From Candidatus Micrarchaeota archaeon (lineage in GTDB: Archaea; Micrarchaeota; Micrarchaeia; Anstonellales; Bilamarchaeaceae): DNA of 64,000 nt. The notes under the pieces are model-generated. The model worked only from the letters and a program-made list of their open reading frames with translations, searched no databases and was not told the DNA's origin. Shown here one piece after another: positions 1-9,112 of this stretch. Numbering within the stretch: the first letter of the stretch is position 1; each line of letters begins with the position of its first letter. A program made the position numbers and the translations under genes. The stretch is from assembly GCA_043821365.1 (NCBI GenBank), contig JBDRCX010000006.1, positions 352,001 to 416,000 of the forward strand. The letters run 5' to 3'.

Positions 1-699
1 TGGAGATTTGCACGTGTTGTAACTACGCCAACAGAAAAAGAAGGAACCATCTATGTCGGAGTTGTTGATCCTGGTGTTGGTGGCGAACGGAAATCCATCA
101 TTGTCCAAACTAAAAGCGGCAAATATCTTGTTGGACCTGACAATGGTTTACTTTCCATTGCTTTTCAGAATGACGGGGTCGAAGAAGCAGTCTCAATAAC
201 CAATGATGATCTCACTCTTCTGAGAATTGCAAAATCATCAACTTTCCATGGAAAGGATATTTATGGTCCAGTTGCAGCGCATTTGGCAAATGGAGTGAAA
301 ATAAGTGAATTTGGTGACAAATTGTCATCAGATCAATTGTGCAAAATTCTTCTTGAAACAAAAGCATCATCTACTCTCAGAAAAGGTTCACTTGTAGATA
401 TTGATGATTTTGGAACATTGCGTACAAATCTTCCTAATCATGTAAATGAAGACTGGATTGATAGTTTTGTGCAATTGACAATTAGGGCACTAGGACACAT
501 TCTGTTTTCTGGTAAGGTTGCACTCCGAACAAAATTTGAAGGTAGCGAAAAAGGAGAATTGATTGCATTATTGGCATCTACTGGTTGTATTGATATCGCA
601 GCTAATCTTGGAAGTGCAAGTAGTGATTTAAAAATTGGGTTCAATGGAATTCAATTAAGCGGTTTGATTCCTACAACCGAGGTGATAATTGAAAAATGA
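1..699 (+). CDS. SAM-dependent chlorinase/fluorinase family protein (SAM hydroxide adenosyltransferase, DUF62), 5'-truncated by the window edge
   Basis: Frame 1 is open from base 1: ...TIYVGVVDPGVGGERKSI...YLVGPDNGLL...SSTFHGKDIYGPVAAHLA...DIDDFG. VVDPGVG, GPDNG and TFHG are family motifs. Confidence 0.85.
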   Translation, partial: WRFARVVTTPTEKEGTIYVGVVDPGVGGERKSIIVQTKSGKYLVGPDNGLLSIAFQNDGVEEAVSITNDDLTLLRIAKSSTFHGKDIYGPVAAHLANGVKISEFGDKLSSDQLCKILLETKASSTLRKGSLVDIDDFGTLRTNLPNHVNEDWIDSFVQLTIRALGHILFSGKVALRTKFEGSEKGELIALLASTGCIDIAANLGSASSDLKIGFNGIQLSGLIPTTEVIIEK

Positions 700-785
700 A
701 AATTCAGTAGCTTATTAAACACTTTTAACTATTTTTTCTTCTCCTAATCCTGAGGTACTTCTTCAGGAAAAGTGATCATACTTGT

Positions 786-923
786 GCAGGGATAGCAAAG
801 CCTGGTCAAATGCGCAGGACTTAAGAAACTTCGCTGATGTTTGGCAGATGTCAAAGTTCCATCAAAGGTCTTGAGTTATCCTGTCGCTTAGTGCGTTCGA
901 CGGTTCAAATCCGTCTCCCTGCA
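786..923 (+). tRNA. trnL: tRNA-Leu(TAA) with a 52-nt intron at 37/38 (826-877)
   Basis: Acceptor GCAGGGA/TCCCTGC, anticodon stem CAGGA/TCCTG, TAA at 822-824, long variable arm, T-arm GACGG-TTCAAAT-CCGTC. BHB central helix CTTA/TGAG with two 3-nt bulges. Confidence 0.95.
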
Positions 924-1030
924 TTTTACACTAGTTCTGGTTTCAGCCAATCAATACAGTATTTACCATAGAAATATTCTGAATTTAAAAAATATCTAAA
1001 TTTTGAAATTAACCACGGTTAGTCGGAATA

Positions 1031-1071
1031 AAAAGGGATATTTATAAATTTACACATTTACATATATAAAT
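1031..1071 (+). promoter_or_regulatory. BRE/TATA promoter plus imperfect palindrome, candidate ArsR operator
   Basis: Purine-rich BRE, TTTATAAA at 1041-1048, then ATTTACATATATAAAT (1056-1071) directly before the arsR ATG. Confidence 0.5.
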
Positions 1072-1368
1072 ATGAAAGAACGGCTCAAACTGTTCAAGGC
1101 ACTTTCTGATGAAACACGGTTAAACATCGTTGAGTTTTTACTTGGAGGGGAGCAATGTGTTTGTTGTATCCAGCCACATGTGAAACGATCACAATCAACA
1201 GTCTCACTCCAACTAAACAAACTTGAAAATCTGGGGGTTGTAAAACAAAGAAGAGAAGGAAAGTATATCTACTATTCCATCGCTGATGAAACTATAAGAA
1301 AATTGCTTTATGCACTTGGGGTTAAGAGAGGTAAGAAAAATGGAAGAAAAGAAAAAAGGGTTTGTTGA
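1072..1368 (+). CDS. arsR: ArsR/SmtB family transcriptional regulator
   Basis: FKALSDETRLNIV...EQCVCCI...SQSTVSLQLNKLENLGVV...REGKYIYYSI: wHTH with a Cys cluster in helix 3. Confidence 0.9.
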   Translation: MKERLKLFKALSDETRLNIVEFLLGGEQCVCCIQPHVKRSQSTVSLQLNKLENLGVVKQRREGKYIYYSIADETIRKLLYALGVKRGKKNGRKEKRVC

Positions 1369-1447
1369 AAAGCTCCTTGAAAAGCTTGACCAGAAAATGG
1401 AAAGCGAATCAAAGAAGACGTGCTGTTGCAAGGGTAAATGCAAATGA
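1340..1447 (+). CDS. 35-aa Cys-tailed micropeptide, absent from the ORF track
   Basis: MEEKKKGFVEKLLEKLDQKMESESKKTCCCKGKCK*. Preceded by AGAGGT; its TGA overlaps the permease ATG (ATGA at 1444-1447). Confidence 0.65.
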   Translation: MEEKKKGFVEKLLEKLDQKMESESKKTCCCKGKCK

Positions 1448-2400
1448 GCGATCTAATCCAACAGTTCTCCCAGTGGATTGTATATGGTGTACTGGGGCTA
1501 AATGATTCAGAATTGGGTACATCCCTGGATTTTTTCATCTATGACAGCATCAAAATCATGCTTTTACTCTTCATCATGGTATTCATAATGGCTGTCATGA
1601 GGAGCTATATCTCTCAGGAAAGAATAAGGCGTGCTCTTTCAGGAAAAATTCCCATTTTCCCAAATCTCATTGCATCTGTTTTTGGTGCAGTAACACCTTT
1701 CTGTTCATGTTCATCTGTTCCTATTTTTATAAGTTTTCTTGAAGCTGGTGTGCCTCTCGGAACTGCTTTTTCATTTCTTGTAACCTCACCACTTGTAAAC
1801 GAGTATATGGTTATTCTTATGTTTGGTTTTTTTGGCTTTGAAGTTACTGCTGCTTATGTTGCTGTAGGGATACTACTCGGTGTTGTCTCAGGGATTTTTA
1901 TAAGCCAGATGAACATGGAAAAATATCTTGTTAAAGATATAACAACAAGCAATAAAACTTCAAAAACTGAAAAGAAATTCAGTTCCTTTGCCAAAAGGCT
2001 CATATTCGGGTACAATGAAGCAAAGAATATCACAAATAAGCTCTGGTTTTGGGTACTTTTGGGGGTTGGTGCTGGTGCCATCATTCATGGTTTTATCCCT
2101 GAAGAACTGATAACTTCTATTGTTAGTAGTGGGGGCATTTTTGCAGTTCCACTTGCCGTGCTTGTCGGGGTTCCAATTTATGCTAATTGCAATGCGGTTG
2201 TTCCAATAGCCGTTGTTCTTTTCCAGAAGGGGGTGCCTCTCGGAACTGCACTCGCATTTATCATGGCTGCAGCTGCGTTGAGTCTGCCTGAAGCAATAAT
2301 ACTTAGGAGAGCAATGAAACTAAAACTACTGGCTTTGTTTTTCCTGTTGGTGACTTTAGGGATAATACTGATTGGTTATCTGTTTAATTTTCTTTTTTAA
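1444..2400 (+). CDS. ArsP/DUF318-type permease
   Basis: Multi-TM protein with TPFCSCSSVP and PIYANCNAVVP motifs, downstream of arsR. Likely start 1444 (track 1438). Confidence 0.85.
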   Translation: MSDLIQQFSQWIVYGVLGLNDSELGTSLDFFIYDSIKIMLLLFIMVFIMAVMRSYISQERIRRALSGKIPIFPNLIASVFGAVTPFCSCSSVPIFISFLEAGVPLGTAFSFLVTSPLVNEYMVILMFGFFGFEVTAAYVAVGILLGVVSGIFISQMNMEKYLVKDITTSNKTSKTEKKFSSFAKRLIFGYNEAKNITNKLWFWVLLGVGAGAIIHGFIPEELITSIVSSGGIFAVPLAVLVGVPIYANCNAVVPIAVVLFQKGVPLGTALAFIMAAAALSLPEAIILRRAMKLKLLALFFLLVTLGIILIGYLFNFLF

Positions 2401-2415
2401 TCTGGCACTGGTTTC

Positions 2416-3360
2416 TTATAAAATTCTTGGTCGTTTTCCTGTGTAATCCACTGTCTCTTCAAATCGCATTCCATAATTTTTCAAGTAAAAAGAAGGTTCA
2501 ACTGCAATTGCAGAGCCAGCTATTTTATTAGTTGATTTTTTGCTTAGTTTTGGCAGTTCATGAATATCAAGACCAAGTCCATGGCCTGATGAGTGTGGCA
2601 TTTTTGGGAATCCTGATTTTTCTAATAAGTCTTGTGCCAAGCTATCTACTTCATTCCCATATTCAAATTCTGGTAGTGAGTCAATAACAAAATGACAAAT
2701 ATGTCTGAGCTTGTCATACTGTTCTTTTTTCTTCTTATCTCCATCTAAAATAAAACATCTAGTGACGTCGGAACAATAATGTTGGTATCTTACTCCATAG
2801 TCAACCATAACCAAACTTCCTATTTTTTTATTTGTAGCTTGGGTATGTGGGTATGACGTATTTTTATCAGTTGAAACAATTGGTTCAAATGCAGGTTCAA
2901 GTCCAAGTTCCATTGTTTTCATAAGCAATTGTTTTCTAAGCTCATTCTCTGTTTTTGCTTTTTTGAAATCTAGATCCTCAAATATCTCTTTTGTGTATCT
3001 AACTGCTTTTGCTATTTTTCTAATTTCACCTGGTTTTTTTCTTGCTCTTTTTTCTAACAATTGAATTGTTACATCATCAAGTCTGCAAAATGTTTTCAAT
3101 TTCTTTGCCAGCCGCAAACTTAAATTTGCACCATCAACTTCAACTTTTCTATTGTTTAATTTTTTTTGTAATTCTTTTATTGGATTTTGATAAACAGAAA
3201 CATTTCCTTGAAATTTGCTTCTAGCTAACGATTCATTCAATTCAGGTACAATTAGAGTCTTGTTTTTACCACTAATCAAAAGAAAACTATGGTCAATATC
3301 AATTCCGCTATGATAGAAAAAGTTTGCATCGAAATGTTCGCCACGATAGAGCAATAACAT
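2416..3360 (-). CDS. Xaa-Pro peptidase family M24
   Basis: VMVDYGVRYQHYCSDVTRC, HSSGHGLGLDIHE, AVEPSFY, GMRFEETV metal ligands. Confidence 0.9.
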   Translation of the reverse strand: MLLLYRGEHFDANFFYHSGIDIDHSFLLISGKNKTLIVPELNESLARSKFQGNVSVYQNPIKELQKKLNNRKVEVDGANLSLRLAKKLKTFCRLDDVTIQLLEKRARKKPGEIRKIAKAVRYTKEIFEDLDFKKAKTENELRKQLLMKTMELGLEPAFEPIVSTDKNTSYPHTQATNKKIGSLVMVDYGVRYQHYCSDVTRCFILDGDKKKKEQYDKLRHICHFVIDSLPEFEYGNEVDSLAQDLLEKSGFPKMPHSSGHGLGLDIHELPKLSKKSTNKIAGSAIAVEPSFYLKNYGMRFEETVDYTGKRPRIL

Positions 3361-3448
3361 AACCTGTCTAAACAGTCACCCATTAAATTTATTGCGCCTA
3401 AAACCACAACAAAACCAAAACTGTTTAATCATTAATTGAGAACTTCAT

Positions 3449-4294
3449 TTGGTGATTAAAGTGAAGAATACTGCTTTACTTTCAATATTTGTATTATTAC
3501 TTGCATTCGGATGTTTAGGTCCTGAGCTTCCTCAGTCTGATTATGAAGATGATTATGTGGGTTCTTCCTACGCAAAAGGTTCAGCTCTTTCAGCTGCTCC
3601 TATGCTTAGTGGTGTATCCTCTTCAGGGACTTATGTAACTAAAGAAGGTTCTATAACCCTTAAAATTTCAGAAGGAATGCTTGAATCAAAATTTGAATCT
3701 GTGCGAGATGAATTAACTAGCGAAGGAGCAACATTCAGTAATATTGACTACAATGAATACTCAACAAAAAAACAGTACACATTAACAATGAAGATAATTC
3801 CATCAAAATTTGATTCAGTCTTTGATATGCTTAAGGAATATGGCGAAGTAAAATATGTTTCTGTTGATCTTGATGATGTTACTCAACAATATACTGATCT
3901 GGAAACAAGAATAACAAATAAAGAAATTGAACTTACGCGCATCAGAGAGCTTTATAATCAGAGTTATAAAATCTCAGATCTTCTTTCAATAGAGCAAGAA
4001 CTTACAAGAGTTGAAACTGAGTATGAACTTTTAAAACAGCAAAAATCATACCTTGATTCAAAAATTCAAAAATCAACCATATATTTGACTATGTATGAAG
4101 ATAAGCCAGCTACCCAGCAATTAATCATTCCATTCGAGGGTCTTGGAAACTTATTCTTCGGTGCATTGGCAACAGCAGTTGCAATAATAGTTGCATTAAC
4201 TGGATTTATCATTCCAATTGCAGTTGTTGTTATTGCACTGTGGGTTGTCTATAAAAGATTCAAGGGCAAAAGTCATACTTCGAAAACACGTTGA
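3449..4294 (+). CDS. DUF4349-like lipoprotein with coiled coil and C-terminal TM
   Basis: Lipobox-like LAFGC; DDVTQQYTDLETRI...LLSIEQELTRVETEYE; C-terminal hydrophobic helices. Confidence 0.7.
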   Translation: MVIKVKNTALLSIFVLLLAFGCLGPELPQSDYEDDYVGSSYAKGSALSAAPMLSGVSSSGTYVTKEGSITLKISEGMLESKFESVRDELTSEGATFSNIDYNEYSTKKQYTLTMKIIPSKFDSVFDMLKEYGEVKYVSVDLDDVTQQYTDLETRITNKEIELTRIRELYNQSYKISDLLSIEQELTRVETEYELLKQQKSYLDSKIQKSTIYLTMYEDKPATQQLIIPFEGLGNLFFGALATAVAIIVALTGFIIPIAVVVIALWVVYKRFKGKSHTSKTR

Positions 4295-4599
4295 TTTCCA
4301 GCTTCGACTTCAACCATAAGTTTTATTGGTTTTTTCGAAGTAGGAAAAACAAAATCTATCTGTTGCCCTCTTCTTATTCTTTTTCTTTCAAAAACCATCT
4401 GTTCTCCACTAACCCATATTTTAACTACCACTCTATCGATATTCTTTTTGGCAGTTATGGTTAGGCAGGTGTTTTTCCCCTCTAATTTTTTCTTGTATTT
4501 GAATGGTTTTAATGATATGGAAAAAAGTATTATCACTATGATGAGAGCAAGAACAAGCCCACCATTACACAGAAGTATGGTTATCTCATCTTCCATCAA
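4273..4599 (-). CDS. hypothetical protein with N-terminal TM
   Basis: 108-aa ORF in an operon with the PIN gene (4-nt overlap); hydrophobic N-terminus. Confidence 0.6.
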   Translation of the reverse strand: MMEDEITILLCNGGLVLALIIVIILFSISLKPFKYKKKLEGKNTCLTITAKKNIDRVVVKIWVSGEQMVFERKRIRRGQQIDFVFPTSKKPIKLMVEVEAGNQRVFEV

Positions 4600-4985
4600 A
4601 CATACCCTAGTTTAGATTTTGATTTCATAGTTATTGCCTTTATCCTTGCTTCTCTCAGTCGTTTTCTTAATTTACTATCATTTGTGCATACAATCGCATT
4701 GAAAGTCTTGGCATACTCTACTATCCAATCATCAACATAATCATTATTTTCAACTATGGTTATCTTTTTGCTATTTGCAACAACAAGCTTCAAAGCAAGT
4801 CTTGCGGCCATCCCATCTTTACCAATGCGCTTACCAAGAGTTTCCAACTCAGTTATTGTTCTTGACGATATCACATAGTTGTGACTAATCTCAATAAGAT
4901 AATCCAATTCTCTGAAAATGTCTATTTTAAACTGGAAGGGAATAAGAAGAAAGTTAGTATCTAATATCACTGGTCGTTGGGACAT
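4596..4985 (-). CDS. PIN-domain protein (Fcf1/Utp24-like archaeal family)
   Basis: VILDTNFLL, YVDDWIVEYA, IVCTNDSKLRKRL. Confidence 0.85.
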   Translation of the reverse strand: MSQRPVILDTNFLLIPFQFKIDIFRELDYLIEISHNYVISSRTITELETLGKRIGKDGMAARLALKLVVANSKKITIVENNDYVDDWIVEYAKTFNAIVCTNDSKLRKRLREARIKAITMKSKSKLGYV

Positions 4986-5019
4986 GATTAGCAGACTTCC
5001 TCTAACAATATAAACTTTA

Positions 5020-5412
5020 TTATTTTATACCAAGAACCTCTCTTACTTTATCAGTGTCATTTGCTGAGGGGCATATTGCAACTTCTGTGTAATCTTGTTT
5101 TTTACTAACAATATAAACACTTTCAAGGCTTATACCTCGGTTTGCCAATTTTCTAGTAACTTTGCCCAGTTCACCTGGTCTATTTATCATCTTATATACT
5201 ATAGTTTCTGCCTCGCTTATCCTGAACTGTGGCGATTTTGACAATGCTTTAGTTGCAGTTGCAACGTCGTTAGTCAACACTCTAAAAATTGCATTATTCT
5301 GTGAGCCGTATGCTGCTATGGCTTCTATATTTACTCCAACTGAACCAAGTATCTCAGCAACAGCTGCCAATGATCCAACTTCGTTGTTTGCCACTATAGT
5401 TATCTCTTTCAT
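5020..5412 (-). CDS. tandem ACT-domain protein
   Basis: NEVGSLAAVAEILGSVGVNIEAI and NRPGELGKVTRKLANRGISLESVY. Confidence 0.85.
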   Translation of the reverse strand: MKEITIVANNEVGSLAAVAEILGSVGVNIEAIAAYGSQNNAIFRVLTNDVATATKALSKSPQFRISEAETIVYKMINRPGELGKVTRKLANRGISLESVYIVSKKQDYTEVAICPSANDTDKVREVLGIK

Positions 5413-5472
5413 TTCACCACCCTATCCATTATTTAACTCAAAATTAAATAATCTTCTCTTGTCAATCAGATT

Positions 5473-5787
5473 ATGGGCCTTAAGCAGAATATACTTGGCA
5501 AGCTTAGTGAAGTTAATGATCCTGAGCTTGGAATAAATATTGTTGATCTAGGGCTCATATACTCAGTTGATGTGAAAAGAAAAAAGAAAGATGAGCAGCA
5601 GAAAGTCTTTATCAAAATGACATTTACTACACCTGCGTGCCCACTGATTAATGATATTCTTAATGAAATAAAAACAAAACTTGACGAGTTTAAGGAATTG
5701 GATATTGAGATCTCAGTTGTTTTTGATCCTCCTTGGACACCTGATATGCTATCTAGTCGTGCAAAAATACAATTAGGGATGGTATGA
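5473..5787 (+). CDS. DUF59/SufT-like Fe-S assembly (MIP18 family) protein
   Basis: VNDPELGINIVDLGLIY, MTFTTPACP, VFDPPWTPDM. Confidence 0.9.
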   Translation: MGLKQNILGKLSEVNDPELGINIVDLGLIYSVDVKRKKKDEQQKVFIKMTFTTPACPLINDILNEIKTKLDEFKELDIEISVVFDPPWTPDMLSSRAKIQLGMV

Positions 5788-5824
5788 TGTTTATCATCTT
5801 CAAAGAGAATAAGAGGCTGGTCTA

Positions 5825-7126
5825 ATGATGTTAACATTTTATGGTGGTGCACAGGAAGTTGGTAGAGTTTGCATGCTTTTAGAAGAAAACCACAAAAATC
5901 TGCTTTTAGATTGCGGTATCAAACTCGGAGAAACAACCGAATATCCTCTTATTGATGATTCCGAACTATCAAAAATAAAAAACATTTCAATTTCTCATGC
6001 CCACCTAGATCATAGTGGTTATTTGCCACATGTATACTCAAAAAAAGCACGACCAAAGATATTCATGACAAAACCAACCAGAGATCTTGTTGGTGTATTG
6101 TTGGCTGATTACCATCGTATACAGGCAGCCAAGCATGAAGGTAAGCGTCTTTTTAGTTCAAAGGATGTTGAGGGGGTTATGCAGGATGCTAATATGGTGG
6201 AGTACAATACGCATTTTCAGGCTGGTTTTAAGCTTTGTTTCCACTCTGCTGGCCATATAATGGGCAGTGCGATGACCATGATCGAAAATGCCAATAAAAA
6301 AATACTTTTTAGTGGGGACATATGTATGCGTAAAACCCGTATCCTTGATTCTTGTGAAAGAGGATTACGGTCAGACATTCTAATAGTTGAAAACACATAT
6401 GGTTCAAGAGGCGATGCCATACCGAGTTATAGGGAAAGCTATCAGAAGCTCATCACCATAATAAAAGAAACCCTAGATAAGGGCGGACACGTAATAATCC
6501 CAAGCTTTGCAGTTGGTAGGGCACAGGAGGTTCTTCTTGCTCTGGATGATTATATGCGTTCAGGCGCAATACCGAAAACAAAGATATTTATCGACGGGAT
6601 GATTGGAAAGGCAATGAAAATTTATCGCCATAATGCTATCTATGCTAATGATGATATCAAAAGAAGGATTTTGATGAGTGAGGATGACCCTTTCAAAAGT
6701 CCCAATTTCCACCATCCTCGTTCTAAAACTCGTGAAGATGTCCTGAAGGAGCCATGCATAATAGTCACTACCTCAGGGATGCTTTCTGGAGGTCCTGTGC
6801 TGTTTTATTTGGAGAAACTTGCAGGAAACCCAAGAAATGCAATTGTTTTTGTTGGTTATCAAGCTGAGGGCACCACAGGTAGCAAGGTCATTCAAAATGA
6901 GAAAAAAATACAAATTTACGACAAAGAGATTGAACTAAAATTAAGAGTGGAAAGCATACGTCTTTCTGGTCATGCAGATTTTAATGAACTAACACAATAC
7001 TGCAGATCAATCAAAGGTCTAAAGAAAATCTTCCTTATGCATGGTGAAAAATCAGAATTGAAAGAAGTGCTGGATAATGATTATGAAGTCATAATTCCAA
7101 GACAATTAGAAACATATTCTATTTAG
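5825..7126 (+). CDS. beta-CASP metallo-beta-lactamase ribonuclease (aCPSF2-like)
   Basis: GGAQEVGR, SHAHLDHSG, AGHIMGS, VENTYG, PSFAVGRAQE, SGHAD; no KH domains. Confidence 0.9.
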   Translation: MMLTFYGGAQEVGRVCMLLEENHKNLLLDCGIKLGETTEYPLIDDSELSKIKNISISHAHLDHSGYLPHVYSKKARPKIFMTKPTRDLVGVLLADYHRIQAAKHEGKRLFSSKDVEGVMQDANMVEYNTHFQAGFKLCFHSAGHIMGSAMTMIENANKKILFSGDICMRKTRILDSCERGLRSDILIVENTYGSRGDAIPSYRESYQKLITIIKETLDKGGHVIIPSFAVGRAQEVLLALDDYMRSGAIPKTKIFIDGMIGKAMKIYRHNAIYANDDIKRRILMSEDDPFKSPNFHHPRSKTREDVLKEPCIIVTTSGMLSGGPVLFYLEKLAGNPRNAIVFVGYQAEGTTGSKVIQNEKKIQIYDKEIELKLRVESIRLSGHADFNELTQYCRSIKGLKKIFLMHGEKSELKEVLDNDYEVIIPRQLETYSI

Positions 7127-7827
7127 ATTTTCATTTTTTCATACAATTCATTCAATTTTTTTTCGTCGATAAATTCCAAAAGACGATTACAACGATCACA
7201 GCGGAAATCAATTCCAGCTGCAGATTCAAAATTTGTTATACTTGATGCCCCACAAGAAGGACAAAAATAATGGTCAGAATTTTCATTCAGTCCAATCCTG
7301 CTTGTTTGTATGGTTGCCCATTTTTCAATTTTATCATGATTCAAAGACCAACTATACGAATACCATCCAGTTTCACTGTCTTTTTCACGAATATAATTAA
7401 CCAAACCCTCGTTATGTAATTTATTGAGGGTTGCTCTAACGTCACTAATTCTTATCTTAAGCTTTTTTGCCAAATCTTCGTCACTGTTGTTCCCATAGAA
7501 GCTTTTAACCATGGAGAGTGCATTTTCCCCTCCTATTTCTATGAGTGTTTGTCTAATTCCTGCATCACTAAGTATTTTTATGACTTTTGACATTCTTTTC
7601 TGTTCTTCATGCTGTTTAAGCTTTAACAAATCTTGTGCAGCTTTTTTTGCTGCCCTCTCTAAAGCTATCTTCGATGGTTTCTTTAGTGCTATTTTCACTG
7701 ATTTTTTCTTCAAGACCACTCTTTTTGCAGTTTTTTTCTTTAAAACTACTTTCTTTACAGTTGCCTTTTTTGGCTTTGTAACAGCCTTCTTTTTAGAAGT
7801 ATTTTTCTTATTTTTTTTGATCGCCAC
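7123..7827 (-). CDS. tfe: transcription factor E (TFE alpha) with ~70-aa Lys-rich N-terminal extension
   Basis: wHTH SDEDLAKKL...VRATLNKLHNEGLV, DSETGWYSYSW, Zn ribbon CPSC...CDRC. GTG start 4 nt after GGTGA. Confidence 0.9.
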   Translation of the reverse strand: MAIKKNKKNTSKKKAVTKPKKATVKKVVLKKKTAKRVVLKKKSVKIALKKPSKIALERAAKKAAQDLLKLKQHEEQKRMSKVIKILSDAGIRQTLIEIGGENALSMVKSFYGNNSDEDLAKKLKIRISDVRATLNKLHNEGLVNYIREKDSETGWYSYSWSLNHDKIEKWATIQTSRIGLNENSDHYFCPSCGASSITNFESAAGIDFRCDRCNRLLEFIDEKKLNELYEKMKI

Positions 7828-7895
7828 ACTATCACCCTTTTTTCAACAGAACTTATTAATTACGCATTTTTTATATATAAACCTTTGCTTTTTAG

Positions 7896-9074
7896 TTATT
7901 TTTTATGAGAATAAGTGTTTTCAATCTTTTTATATATATCGATGGTTGCTCCTATGCTTTTCTCTATGGAGTACTCTTTTGCACGGATTTTAGCAGCTTT
8001 TGACATTTTTTTTCTAAGTGTTCCATTATTCAAGAGCATTTCCATTGCATTGGCAAGATCATCAATATTATCTGGTTCCACCAACAACCCTGTTTTTCCA
8101 TGTAATATTATCTCTTTTGGTCCCAATCTCTTTACGCCTATTGTTGGTAGACCCAGAGACATAGCTTCTACAAATGTTAGGCCAAATGTTTCACTATTCG
8201 AAGCTGATACAAATATGTTTCCACATGCATAAGCAGTTCCAATCTCCTTTGCATCCAAGAAACCAGTGAAAATTATGTTTTCTATCCTCAGACTCACTGC
8301 CATTTCTTTGAATTTTTTCAGATAGGGCCCACCACCAGCAACCACGAGGATTCTATCTTCTTTTTCTATTTTTTTGTATGCCTCTAATAGAATGTCTATA
8401 TTTTTTTCAAAACTGACTCTACCTAGGTATATTAGTATTTTTTTGTTATCTGGTATGTTGTGTTTTTTTCTAAACCTATTTAACTGTTCTTTTGTGTATC
8501 TGAGTTTTTTGAAATCAATTCCATTTGGGAGGTGAGTTACTTGTTTAAGTCCGTAGGATTCAAGTTCTTTTACTAATTCTGTTGTTGGAGCAGTTACAAC
8601 ATCTACTCTTTTGAAAACATGATTTATCATTTTTTTTACTGCTGTTTTACTTATACTATCAAATACTTCTGGTAGTTTTCCACTAAGTAAATGCGGGATA
8701 TAATCAGGGAAATGTGTGTGGTATGTGGCTATTGTAGGTATTTTCTTCTGTTTTGCTGCTAAGAGTCCCTGCAATCCAAGGTTTATCGGCGCATGTGCAT
8801 GAACAACATCAGGGAGTTCTTTTTCTAAAATATCGCTTATTCTTTTGTAATTCATCGATGCTACTCTGTAGCCATCATAGAATGGAAATGGTGATGAAGG
8901 TATCCAATATATTTTGAAGTTTTTTGTTTTTTTCTGGATTTTGAGGGTATTCTCTCCGGGGGCAAAAAGTATTATTTCATTTTTCTTCGAGATTTCTTTT
9001 ATTGCATCATTCAGATATATAGCCACTCCGTTGAGTTGTGGCAAGTATGTATCAGTGAAAAACGCAATCTTCAT
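7896..9074 (-). CDS. GT4 (GT-B) glycosyltransferase, monoglucosyl/diglycosyl lipid synthase-like
   Basis: MKIAFFTDTYLPQLNGVA, HAHAP, YHTHFPDY, GRVSFEKN, ETFGLTFVEAM. Confidence 0.9.
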   Translation of the reverse strand: MKIAFFTDTYLPQLNGVAIYLNDAIKEISKKNEIILFAPGENTLKIQKKTKNFKIYWIPSSPFPFYDGYRVASMNYKRISDILEKELPDVVHAHAPINLGLQGLLAAKQKKIPTIATYHTHFPDYIPHLLSGKLPEVFDSISKTAVKKMINHVFKRVDVVTAPTTELVKELESYGLKQVTHLPNGIDFKKLRYTKEQLNRFRKKHNIPDNKKILIYLGRVSFEKNIDILLEAYKKIEKEDRILVVAGGGPYLKKFKEMAVSLRIENIIFTGFLDAKEIGTAYACGNIFVSASNSETFGLTFVEAMSLGLPTIGVKRLGPKEIILHGKTGLLVEPDNIDDLANAMEMLLNNGTLRKKMSKAAKIRAKEYSIEKSIGATIDIYKKIENTYSHKK

Positions 9075-9112
9075 TATGAAAACCCTCTACAAACTAAAAT
9101 ATAAAAAGAAAA

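Noticed and set aside
727-748. Shared CTGAG/CTCAG hairpin upstream of tRNA-Leu, -Trp and -Arg as a regulatory motif
   Set aside because: Short stems with variable orientation and distance; cannot be distinguished from chance without more tRNA loci.
4596-4985. PIN gene as a VapC toxin of a toxin-antitoxin pair
   Set aside because: It resembles the housekeeping Fcf1/Utp24-like family, and the neighbouring gene is a TM protein, not an antitoxin.
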